A DNA stretch of 62,625 nt, counting the filler. It is 4 parts of 4 records of this genome, joined end to end, with 100 filler letters (N's around TTAATTAATTAA, not from the genome) between each part and the next. Parts side by side here need not be neighbours in the genome. Positions count along the whole stretch, not along the records: positions 43,041 to 52,713 come from SRR31156797_8418; positions 52,814 to 62,625 come from SRR31156797_8427; 2 more parts are not named here. One strand, given 5' to 3'. Under the pieces are notes generated by a model, which had not been told where the DNA came from, did not search any database, and was given only the letters and a program-made list of their open reading frames with translations. Numbering within the stretch: the first letter of the stretch is position 1; each line of letters begins with the position of its first letter. Of the stretch, positions 48,002 through 56,985 are shown one piece after another. Both the position numbers and the translations under genes were made by a program.

Positions 48002-51000
48002 ATGCAAAATACTGTTAAAACTCTTAATAGAGATTCTATATTTAAGACAGCCTATAAGCAATATCAAATATTTTTTAAATTTCTAAATAAAAATAATTGG
48101 CTCGCAAGAATAACTTCTTTATTGGTTTTTACATTACTTTCAACTCTGGTTTGGTATCTCTTACTTGGTTATCTACAATTTAATATTTGGAAACAACCTG
48201 ATCCTGGTAAACATATTGATCACTTTATACTAAATATTCTTAAAATTGATGGGATAAAATTCAATTATTTTCAGTTAAAAGGTATTTTAATGATGTGGGT
48301 TGACTCTTTAAGTATTGTCCTTCCTACCATATTTATGGTATCTATTGTTACGCTATATGCAAGTAAAATATCTAAAAAATCAAAATATTCTTTTTTATCT
48401 CTTTCTCTAAGTTTTATTATAAATATTTTTATCGCATTAGTTCCATCACTAATAGCTTTTTATATAACAGAAGCATATTTTAGTAATAATACTCTCTATA
48501 AAGAGCAAACTACTTGGTTTTTAGAGAAGTTTATAGATATTTCTTCTGATTATACATACTTTGAATCGTTTAGTATCTATGCTTTATCTACCCTTACTCC
48601 TTGGTTTATATGGATTTGTTTGTTACTATTAGAGATTTCTAAACGTAGCTCGCGTTCAGCAATTTATGTATTAACATTTATGTTTCAAGTCTTGAGATTT
48701 CAATACTCTATTTCCAATTCATTAAATATCGAAGCTGAAAAACTTGAAGAAGTTCATGGAATTAATCATCTAAAACATAAGATAAAAGGTTATTCTATAT
48801 TAACTCGTGCAGCAATAGCACGCTTTGGGGGATACGATTTTTTTATTTCATATAGTCGAAAACCTGAAAAATTAATTAAAGTTGGAGGATATAATTATGC
48901 TCATAAACTAAAAGAAATACTGGAATCAGATGGATTTAAATGTTTTATTGATGATTCAAGTATGCATCATGGTGAATCTTGGAAAAAATCAGTTTTTAAA
49001 GCATTAACACGTTCTTCAGTATTACTAGTTGTGGCAAATGCAAAAGCCTTAAAACAATCCAGTGTTATTAACGAAATCAGAACTTTTTCCCATATGCCAC
49101 GTCCAATAATGCCTATTTCTTTTAATAATAGCGTTAAAAATCTTGATACGAATTTAGAGGTCTGGTCATTATTAGAACAACGGTTACGATGTGAAGAACC
49201 TAGGGGGATTGTCGCATTAAAAGATGGAATCCCTTCGCCTGATATTATTGAAACTTGTAATAATGCTTTTATTGGAGTAAAAATACAGCGTGTTCGGCAA
49301 TTAATACTATTTCTTCTGGTGTTAGTTCTAACTGGTTTATCATTATTTGCTTGGAGAAACGCCACTAAAGAAGTTAAAGCCCGTAAAGCATTAAATATCC
49401 AACTTATTGGAAGCTCTTCAATAAATGAAATTGAAAAAAACCCTTATTTAGCTTTAATCTTAGCAAGAAAATCTGGTGACTTACTAGAAAATACTCAACC
49501 TCCTTCATCCACAATAAATGCAATTAATAAAATCTTAAATCAATGGCCTGCCCTCCACAGCGCTCAACGGATTGTAACCAATACTTTATTAACATCATCT
49601 CCATGGTTAGAAAAGGATTTTATTGCTGTAGGTAGTAGCTACGCATGGCTATTTCCAGAACTAAGAAAACCTAGGGAATTTCAACCTATTGAATATCGAA
49701 ATCCTATAGATTTTTCTGAAATTAATCCAACAAGTGGAACTTATCTAAAAAATATAAATCAGTTTATATTAGGTGATTACAAAGGTAATATTTATAAGCT
49801 TTCGCGTGATGCTTCTAAACTCAAACTTTTAGAAAATTTAGCAGATGATAGAATTTCCCCCATTGTTAGTACAGAATCGCTACCTAACTATATACTATAT
49901 GCTACTGAAGCTGATCATCCAGAGATTTGTCTTTTAAATATTAAAACAATGCAAACGCAAAAAATTAATTTTAATCAATTTAAGTATCAAATTGATCAGC
50001 TGGCTATGACTTCAAATAAAATATATGCTCTCTCTAGAGGAAATCTATTTGAAGCATCTCTTTTAAAAATAAAAGATGAGATCCAAATTGATGAAAATTC
50101 ATGGAAAAAACTAGAAACACCTATCGACTCTATAGATCATTTTGCATTAAAAGCAGATTCTAACATTTTTGCAGTTACAGACGGTTATAAGTATTTTATA
50201 ATTGATTCCTCTAAAAATGAAATTATTCATAACGACGAATTTAAAAACACCTATATAAGTGCACTTACTTTTGCACTTAATAGTAACCAAATAGCTATTA
50301 GCTTACAGAGCAATAAGAAAAACGAAGTTATTTGTATTGATTTTTATAACAAGAAATCTTTAAATTCCTATCCAAGTCTTGATAATGTTGCTGCTTCTTA
50401 CATTAAGTACATCGATAACGATTCGAAACTTGTATCTGTAAGCTACGAAGGGCTAGCTGTAATATGGGATCTAGAAATTGAACAATTACAACCAACAACA
50501 CTTCCTGGAAAGCTGATAGCAGTTGAACCAAAATTTAAAGGTGGCTTTGACTTACTTATTGACAAAAAAAATGATGAACCTCTATATAATTCAAACGATA
50601 ATATTAGAGTAAATATAATGCCATACGAAAGTACAGGGACTTTTCATGATTTTTCTTCATCTGTGGAAAATGATTTCCTATTTTTATCAAAAGGTAATTC
50701 CGTGTATAAAAAATCTCCTTCTGATGAAAATGAATGGGAAAAATTACTCACCGATAATACTGGAAAGCAAATTAAAAAACTAGATACAATTAATAACCAC
50801 ATTTGGTTATTTCGTGATGATCTTATGTTCAACAATTATGACTTAAAAAATGGGTCTTTTAATAATGAATGGTTAAAATCACCTCGCAGTAGTGCTCGTT
50901 TTGTAAATCGTTCAATGTCAAAAAATGAAATTGAACAGAGAAGTATTATAAGACAAATTATCTACTCACCACAACTTAACTTGAAGCTATTGATATTATC

Positions 51001-51598
51001 TAATGGTAGTTTAATAAAATATCAATTAGGATTACTACAAAAATTAAATATTCTTCCCTTACATAGTTCATTAACTTATGGAATTACTAACATTAGTAGT
51101 AATGAAATTATTCATACCTCTAATAATAACTCATTTCTTGCAATTGCTAATGAAAATAGTTCTGAAGTCACAATGTTCCATATTAAGGAAAAAAGAATTA
51201 TTAAAAAAAATAAATATTTTGATAAAAAACCTGTTGGTTTAGCTCTTTCAAATCATAGTGAAATGCTAGCAATAATATTTGAGAAGCAAAATCCAAATAC
51301 AGCTGAAGGAATTGATTTAATCCTTCAAATACTCGATCCTAACTCTTTTGAACCTTTAACTTCTGAAATCTTAATACCAGGAGAATACGATGAAGAAAGG
51401 CATCCTTTAATGGCTTTTGATCCAATTGAAGAAAAATTATTAATTAGCCGTTATGGTCGAGATTATATAATTTTGCCATTTTCATTTAACCATAGTTATC
51501 AGCAATTAAGAAATAAAGTTTCTTTTGAATTATTCCCTGACGAAGCTAAAAGGTATAACTTAGAGTATATTGAATTACCAAAAAGATCTGTTAAATAA
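48002..51598 (+). CDS. Multi-TM + TIR + TM + WD40-like beta-propeller protein
   Basis: About 4 N-terminal hydrophobic helices; TIR YDFFISYSR, CFIDD, SSVLLVV, SVINEI; TM LILFLLVLVLTGLSLFAW; WD-like blades such as LVSVSYEGLAVIWDL; ATG 48002 after AAGGAAGTGA (ORF track starts at 47981). Confidence 0.78.
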   Translation: MQNTVKTLNRDSIFKTAYKQYQIFFKFLNKNNWLARITSLLVFTLLSTLVWYLLLGYLQFNIWKQPDPGKHIDHFILNILKIDGIKFNYFQLKGILMMWVDSLSIVLPTIFMVSIVTLYASKISKKSKYSFLSLSLSFIINIFIALVPSLIAFYITEAYFSNNTLYKEQTTWFLEKFIDISSDYTYFESFSIYALSTLTPWFIWICLLLLEISKRSSRSAIYVLTFMFQVLRFQYSISNSLNIEAEKLEEVHGINHLKHKIKGYSILTRAAIARFGGYDFFISYSRKPEKLIKVGGYNYAHKLKEILESDGFKCFIDDSSMHHGESWKKSVFKALTRSSVLLVVANAKALKQSSVINEIRTFSHMPRPIMPISFNNSVKNLDTNLEVWSLLEQRLRCEEPRGIVALKDGIPSPDIIETCNNAFIGVKIQRVRQLILFLLVLVLTGLSLFAWRNATKEVKARKALNIQLIGSSSINEIEKNPYLALILARKSGDLLENTQPPSSTINAINKILNQWPALHSAQRIVTNTLLTSSPWLEKDFIAVGSSYAWLFPELRKPREFQPIEYRNPIDFSEINPTSGTYLKNINQFILGDYKGNIYKLSRDASKLKLLENLADDRISPIVSTESLPNYILYATEADHPEICLLNIKTMQTQKINFNQFKYQIDQLAMTSNKIYALSRGNLFEASLLKIKDEIQIDENSWKKLETPIDSIDHFALKADSNIFAVTDGYKYFIIDSSKNEIIHNDEFKNTYISALTFALNSNQIAISLQSNKKNEVICIDFYNKKSLNSYPSLDNVAASYIKYIDNDSKLVSVSYEGLAVIWDLEIEQLQPTTLPGKLIAVEPKFKGGFDLLIDKKNDEPLYNSNDNIRVNIMPYESTGTFHDFSSSVENDFLFLSKGNSVYKKSPSDENEWEKLLTDNTGKQIKKLDTINNHIWLFRDDLMFNNYDLKNGSFNNEWLKSPRSSARFVNRSMSKNEIEQRSIIRQIIYSPQLNLKLLILSNGSLIKYQLGLLQKLNILPLHSSLTYGITNISSNEIIHTSNNNSFLAIANENSSEVTMFHIKEKRIIKKNKYFDKKPVGLALSNHSEMLAIIFEKQNPNTAEGIDLILQILDPNSFEPLTSEILIPGEYDEERHPLMAFDPIEEKLLISRYGRDYIILPFSFNHSYQQLRNKVSFELFPDEAKRYNLEYIELPKRSVK

Positions 51599-51711
51599 TT
51601 ATAAACAAATTAGTATACATAAACAAAACCGTCTAACAACATGACCTAAAATGAAAAGCGGATTTCAGTTTAGTCGCAAATACGATAAACTCATCAAAAG
51701 CTCTACAAAAG

Positions 51712-51763
51712 AAAAAACAACCCCTCCCAAAACGCTCAACAGCGCCTCAGGAGGGGTCTTTTT
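51712..51763. terminator. Hairpin/terminator between the TIR operon and the HEPN gene
   Basis: ACCCCTCC...GGAGGGGT stem flanked by A and T runs. Confidence 0.65.
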
Positions 51764-51774
51764 ATCTTAAATAT

Positions 51775-52680
51775 TTACTTTTCCTTCTCAGCCAATTCCC
51801 TAAACTGCTCCAACTTCTCATTACAAATATCATATGTCAGCTTCTTCAACTGCTCCACTCGAACTACTAAATACTCCAACTGTTCTTTAGTAATCACAAA
51901 GTCTTTCTTATAACGCGATCCAATATATGATTCTTGCAATTTATCAAACATATCTTTTTCCAATTGAGTTTTTCGAGGAAATGGATGTCTAAATCTTGAG
52001 TCTTCTTTTATCGCCTGCCCTAAAAGCATTTCCAAATCATGAGTTTTCGGTTTATAATCAGTAAAAATAAGAATATTCGTCATTAAAAATCTTTCTGTTG
52101 CTTGATGTAGCATCAAAGAAGCCAGTTTATAGTATTCTTTATCAAATTCAGATTCTCCCATATTAAGGTAATAATTTCTTAAGAATCTAGTAGCACTGCC
52201 TCCCCACTCTTCCAGATACTCATTCACCTTTTCAACTCTCACAACATAGCTAATCTCTTTCGGTTCCTCAAACTCCCAATTTGGCTCATTATACAGAACT
52301 ATCCCTTCATGATAAATGTCGCAGAAGAAATAACGCCTTTCATCCAACATCTCAGTTATATAGTCATAGCCGTGAAAGATCAAACTAACGGGAGTCTCAG
52401 TTTCATAGTGAGCTCTGACATAATCTCTCACTTTCCCCACGAACTTCTTGCTCCTTGATCTCCCCTCATATCTGGTAACAATCAGCAGATCATAGTCACT
52501 TTTATATTCATATGTGATACCATCTTCTACATAGCTGTCATCTACCCAAGTCCCCCGTGCAAAACTACCATAGAGAATTATCATCTCTATCCTGCCTGCG
52601 AATTCCTCTTTGATCAGATCAACGAATCTATTCAGCTCATCCTGCTTTGACTGTGGTAAATGTGCAATACTTGTCTTCAT
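51775..52680 (-). CDS. Fused nucleotidyltransferase (MNT)-HEPN protein
   Basis: ILYGSFARG, SDYDLL (pol-beta NTase); HEPN LHQATER...PKTHDL...YIGSRY. Confidence 0.88.
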   Translation of the reverse strand: MKTSIAHLPQSKQDELNRFVDLIKEEFAGRIEMIILYGSFARGTWVDDSYVEDGITYEYKSDYDLLIVTRYEGRSRSKKFVGKVRDYVRAHYETETPVSLIFHGYDYITEMLDERRYFFCDIYHEGIVLYNEPNWEFEEPKEISYVVRVEKVNEYLEEWGGSATRFLRNYYLNMGESEFDKEYYKLASLMLHQATERFLMTNILIFTDYKPKTHDLEMLLGQAIKEDSRFRHPFPRKTQLEKDMFDKLQESYIGSRYKKDFVITKEQLEYLVVRVEQLKKLTYDICNEKLEQFRELAEKEK

Positions 52681-52713
52681 AAACTCATCCTCAATAATTA
52701 GTTTTTATTCATT

Positions 52714-52813
52714 NNNNNNNNNNNNNNNNNNNNNNNNNNNNNNNNNNNNNNNNNNNNTTAATTAATTAANNNNNNNNNNNNNNNNNNNNNNNNNNNNNNN
52801 NNNNNNNNNNNNN
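52714..52813. other. Artificial contig linker
   Basis: N44-TTAATTAATTAA-N44. Confidence 0.99.
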
Positions 52814-53207
52814 ATTTTTCTTTTATTATCATTTTTACATCTTTTGTTGTAAAAATTTGTTTATCTATTAATAATAATTTAAGCTCATCAAACTCTTTTG
52901 GTGTTAACCGCGAAGGTCTTCCAGGTTGTTTTGTAGGTACTAAACCTTCATAACCACTTTGATTCCAGTAGTCACGCCATCGATAGATATTTCTACTGGG
53001 AATTTTAAATGTAGTGATGACATCTTTGACCTTCATGCCATGATATATAGCATTTAAACAAAGTAATTTAATTTTGATATTACCATTTTTTTCTTCAGAT
53101 ATACATTTTTCTAATAACTCAGGATTTAAAATCTCCATAACAATCACCCATATATGTTATACTCCATTTTTCATATAAATCTGTCATTATTTAGGATTAT
53201 CATTATA
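52814..53207 (-). mobile_element. IS630-family element, left part (transposase N-terminal HTH, 53147 to contig end)
   Basis: IYRWRDYWNQSGYEGL....PGRPSRLT pattern of IS630 HTH domains; putative end at the TA at 53207-53206. Confidence 0.72.
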
Positions 53208-53795
53208 GTTACCTGCTCCGAATTTATAACCAAGTTCAAGTGAAGTTGTTGTATAAATTAAAGCTGCGTCTAAAGAAAAGAAAGCATTACTAAGTTCAAC
53301 TGTTACTGCCTGAACTTCATATACTGCTTCAAATAAGAAGTTATTAACTTCAATTCCTAAACCAGCTCCATAATACAGCCCCATTCCAACTTCTGCATCT
53401 TGTGTATCTGTATCTAAAGCATCAATATAATCTCCACTAAAAGACGAAGCTCCAGCACTTAATCTCAAATAAGGGTTCATTCCAGCTTCTCCTAAATTTA
53501 ATTTACCTGTACCGTATACTATCATTGTATCAGTAGATGTATTATCATTATCATCCTCTTCCAAACTTGCATATTTTTTATAAGCTAAACCTGCACCAAA
53601 TTCTAAACCTTCACCAAAAAGATATTCAGCCCTAAGTACGTAACCTCCACTTGCCAAATCATTATCTGTATCATCAAAATCTCCACCAACAGTCTGAGTT
53701 CCTGATAAATCCATTCCACCTCTTACTTCTAATCCGGCTGAAAAAGCAGTTAATGATACTGTTGCTATTAATAATAGCAATATTATTTTTTTCAT
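53187..53795 (-). CDS. Outer membrane beta-barrel protein (paralog 1)
   Basis: Signal peptide MKKIILLLLIATVSLTAFSA; amphipathic strands, PYLR, LYYGAGLG, ELGYKF. Confidence 0.82.
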   Translation of the reverse strand: MKKIILLLLIATVSLTAFSAGLEVRGGMDLSGTQTVGGDFDDTDNDLASGGYVLRAEYLFGEGLEFGAGLAYKKYASLEEDDNDNTSTDTMIVYGTGKLNLGEAGMNPYLRLSAGASSFSGDYIDALDTDTQDAEVGMGLYYGAGLGIEVNNFLFEAVYEVQAVTVELSNAFFSLDAALIYTTTSLELGYKFGAGNYNDNPK

Positions 53796-53958
53796 ATTTC
53801 TCACCTACACTCTACGCATAAATATTTCTTCACCAAACCAATAATACCTTGGCATAATAATTATACGACATTATAGTTGAACAATTCATCATTATGAATT
53901 TAAAAATTGAGCAGAATAAAATCTGCTCAAAGATTAGTTAGTTTAATTTATAAAGTAA

Positions 53959-54606
53959 TTAATTTCCTGCTCCGAATTTATAACCTACTTCAAGTGTAAC
54001 TGTAGCTATATTAATTGCATCATCTGTATCAGTAAAAGTTATATCTCCTAAATTAGTTTCTCCAGTAATATCCGTTACAACTGTAACAGCATCGTAAGAA
54101 ACTTCAATCAAGATATTATTATAATCAAAACCTGCTGCAACTCCATAATATAAACCCGGACTTACTTCATATGTTACTTCTGCGCTTGTTATTAAACCTG
54201 ATGAAGCAATATAAAACGCTTCGAATACTTCTTCAACTTCTGTAAAGTAATCACCGGCACTATTCATTGCATATCCTACATTTGCTCTTAAGTAAGGACT
54301 AAATCCAGATTCTCCTAAGTTTAATTTAGTTGTACCATACAAAATCGTTGATGTCATAAATGATTTCCCATCAAGTGCTTCAGTATCTGATTCTACATTA
54401 CCAAATTGCTTATATGCAACTCCACCACCAAACTCTAATCCTTCTCCAACTAAATATTCTACTTTCACTACATAACCTGCACTCATATCTGTATCATCTG
54501 CATCTATTGAAGTTGAAGCGTCAAATCCACCTCTTACTTCTAGTCCAGCTGAAAAAGCAGTTAACGACATTGTTGCTATTAATAGTAGTAATATTATTTT
54601 TTTCAT
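53959..54606 (-). CDS. Outer membrane beta-barrel protein (paralog 2)
   Basis: Near-identical signal peptide; SPYLRANVGY, GLYYG, EVGYKFGAGN. Confidence 0.82.
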   Translation of the reverse strand: MKKIILLLLIATMSLTAFSAGLEVRGGFDASTSIDADDTDMSAGYVVKVEYLVGEGLEFGGGVAYKQFGNVESDTEALDGKSFMTSTILYGTTKLNLGESGFSPYLRANVGYAMNSAGDYFTEVEEVFEAFYIASSGLITSAEVTYEVSPGLYYGVAAGFDYNNILIEVSYDAVTVVTDITGETNLGDITFTDTDDAINIATVTLEVGYKFGAGN

Positions 54607-54902
54607 ATTCATCTCCTTTTTTAAACTCTAATTAAATCAATATTAAAGTATTAACTCCAGACCAATGAACAGATGACTTTAATCAAACGCCTCCTTTCGT
54701 TGATATATAAAAAAGATGTATATATTAATATTATCGATATAGAATCTAATTTTTTTAGTTTTTTCTCTTAAGTCATTTTACTGATTTTAGGATTTTTTCC
54801 TTTTTTTATTTACATTATGTGAAAATTTAGATCAATTTCCCTCTTGTCAATTACTCTAATAAGTTATAAAATATAAAATAAAATTAGCACAGGAGGTGTT
54901 TT

Positions 54903-55703
54903 ATGCTTACATATTACACTGATCAAAATCTTGATTTTTTTGAAATAAAAAAATGTCGAAGTGTCAGTCAGTCTGAGAAGGCACATTTTCATAACGAGAT
55001 ATCAATTATTCTAATCGAAGACTCTATAACCTATGTTACTTCAGACAAACAAATTGAATATAAATTTGAAAAAGATAGCTTTGTAATTATTCCATCTTTT
55101 AAAACTCATAACTGTGTTCCTGTTAATAAAGATGAGTTTAAATTCACTATAATGTATCTAAGCTCTGAATGGTTCGAAAAAACTTTTCACTTTAATCTGG
55201 ATAATAAAGAGATTCAATTTTATAAACTTAATTCAGATGAAGTAAAGGAAGTTATTAATTTATTTGAAATATTTCAATCGGATATCTCTCCTATAACAAA
55301 GGAGTTTAACTTAATAAAATTCCTGGAAAAATACCTTATTGAAAAAACTGATTTTTCTAATGAGAGTCAAATTAATTCTGTTAAGCAGAGTAAGCTTGAG
55401 CTTGTAAGAAAATATTTAAGTCAAAATTATAATGAGAAAGTTTCCTTGGAAAAATTAAGCGAGATTTCAGGTTTAAGTAAATATCACCTTACAAGAAGTT
55501 TCAAATCAAAATATGATCTCAGCCCGCTTAACTATCAAAAAAATATTAAATTTAATCATGCTAAAAAGTTTTTAAGAAGAAATAATAATATCTCAGACCT
55601 TGCACTTGATTTGGGTTATTATGACCAGAGTCATTTTACTAATGAATTTAAGAAATTTTCAGGAATTTCTCCAAAAAAATATAGAAAAAGTACAAAACAT
55701 TAA
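54903..55703 (+). CDS. AraC family transcriptional regulator
   Basis: AHFHNE cupin; SGLSKYHLTRSFK, LGYYDQSHFTNEFKK..G.SP. Confidence 0.93.
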   Translation: MLTYYTDQNLDFFEIKKCRSVSQSEKAHFHNEISIILIEDSITYVTSDKQIEYKFEKDSFVIIPSFKTHNCVPVNKDEFKFTIMYLSSEWFEKTFHFNLDNKEIQFYKLNSDEVKEVINLFEIFQSDISPITKEFNLIKFLEKYLIEKTDFSNESQINSVKQSKLELVRKYLSQNYNEKVSLEKLSEISGLSKYHLTRSFKSKYDLSPLNYQKNIKFNHAKKFLRRNNNISDLALDLGYYDQSHFTNEFKKFSGISPKKYRKSTKH

Positions 55704-55818
55704 TTTAAGTTTGCTGAATCATAATTTTTATTTAAAATAGCAATTTCTTCCAAGATTATTTTTGTACATATGACTAAAATATACTAGAGATTAATATTTA
55801 ACTAAAGGAAGTGAAGAA

Positions 55819-56700
55819 ATGGAAAAAAAAGAAGTAAAAGGTTATATTCTGGCTTTAACAACAGTAGTTATCTGGGCAAGTACATATGTTTTTAAGAAAC
55901 ATTTATTACTTGAACTAAATCCATTGGAGATTTTATTTTATAGGTTTTTAATAGCATTCTTAATTTCATGCATAATTTATCCAAAATTTAGTTTTAAATT
56001 CGATTTTAAATTAGAAAGAGATTTTCTACTAACAGGTTTAGTTGGAGTTACTACATATTATGCACTTGAAAATATTGCACTTCAATATACTCAGGCTTCA
56101 AACTTTGGATTAATAGTATCTTCCATACCGATTTTTACAGCTATCATTGCACACTTCATTCATCATGATGAAAAGTTTCATAAAAATCTTTTATACGGAT
56201 TTGCTTTCTCAATAGCTGGAATTTTTCTGATTATATTTAACGGAAAGTATGTGTTAAATTTAAAACCGATTGGTGATCTCCTTGCTGTATGTGCTGCTAT
56301 AGCATTTGCAATATACTCCAACTTACTTAAAAGGATTAATTCCGAGCTGCATATTATTGCATTTATCAGAAAAATATTTATGTATGGAGTTATTACAATG
56401 TTGCCTCTGCTGTATTTTACCAAAACTCCAATAAACTTAATTAAAATAATCGAACCTGTTGTATTTATCAATTTAATCTTTTTGGCACTTTTTGCATCTA
56501 TTATTGCTACAATATTTTGGAATAAGGCGATTAAATTAATTGGAGTTAACAAAACAAGTTCATTTATATATCTTGTACCGATGGTATCTATGATTAATTC
56601 ATTTATATTTTTAAATGAAAAAATAAGTATTTTAATGTTAGTTGGTGGTTCTTTAATTTTATTCGGAGTTTCATTCAGTGAAAAAAAGAAAAAAACTTAA
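55819..56700 (+). CDS. DMT/EamA family transporter
   Basis: IWASTY, RFLIA, ENIALQYTQAS, GDLLA, WNKAIKLIG; about 10 TM. Confidence 0.92.
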   Translation: MEKKEVKGYILALTTVVIWASTYVFKKHLLLELNPLEILFYRFLIAFLISCIIYPKFSFKFDFKLERDFLLTGLVGVTTYYALENIALQYTQASNFGLIVSSIPIFTAIIAHFIHHDEKFHKNLLYGFAFSIAGIFLIIFNGKYVLNLKPIGDLLAVCAAIAFAIYSNLLKRINSELHIIAFIRKIFMYGVITMLPLLYFTKTPINLIKIIEPVVFINLIFLALFASIIATIFWNKAIKLIGVNKTSSFIYLVPMVSMINSFIFLNEKISILMLVGGSLILFGVSFSEKKKKT

Positions 56701-56766
56701 TAAAAAAGAACTTAGCTGATAATACTAATTTAAAATAGGCAAAAGTTTAATTTTATTCCAAAAAAT

Positions 56767-56807
56767 AAAAAAGTCTCGCTTCCCAATAATGAAGCGAGAC
56801 TTTTTTT
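56767..56807. terminator. Bidirectional terminator
   Basis: AAAAAAGTCTCGCTTC...GAAGCGAGACTTTTTT. Confidence 0.85.
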
Positions 56808-56985
56808 ATTGCATGTTGTTTTGTTGTTTTATTTCATCCAGTAATTTAGCATAATCTTCTTTCGAAATAAGTACGTATTCTCTTTCCAGATGAAATAAAT
56901 CCATTCCTGATAAGATTCTTTTGGTTTTGATAATTCTTGATGCTTCTGCAGTTGAAGCTTCAAATTTTTCATGCAACTCTTTCAT
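56806..56985 (-). CDS. 59-aa small protein absent from the ORF track
   Basis: AAGGGGG RBS; MKELHEKFEASTAEASRIIKTKRILSGMDLFHLEREYVLISKEDYAKLLDEIKQQNNMQ*; stop runs directly into the terminator. Confidence 0.65.
   Translation of the reverse strand: MKELHEKFEASTAEASRIIKTKRILSGMDLFHLEREYVLISKEDYAKLLDEIKQQNNMQ

Noticed and set aside
51625-51680. GTCTAAC after the large TIR gene, resembling an integron attC R'' site
   Set aside because: No matching GTTRRRY partner or attC fold found, no repeated sites between the other genes, and no integrase
52758-52813. X-containing C-terminus of the 129-aa ORF
   Set aside because: Translation runs into the linker; the gene is simply truncated
54651-54695. AGGAGG followed by an 11-codon TTG ORF upstream of OMP paralog 2 (leader peptide or riboswitch)
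   Set aside because: SD-to-start spacing is only 3 nt and I recognise no riboswitch consensus
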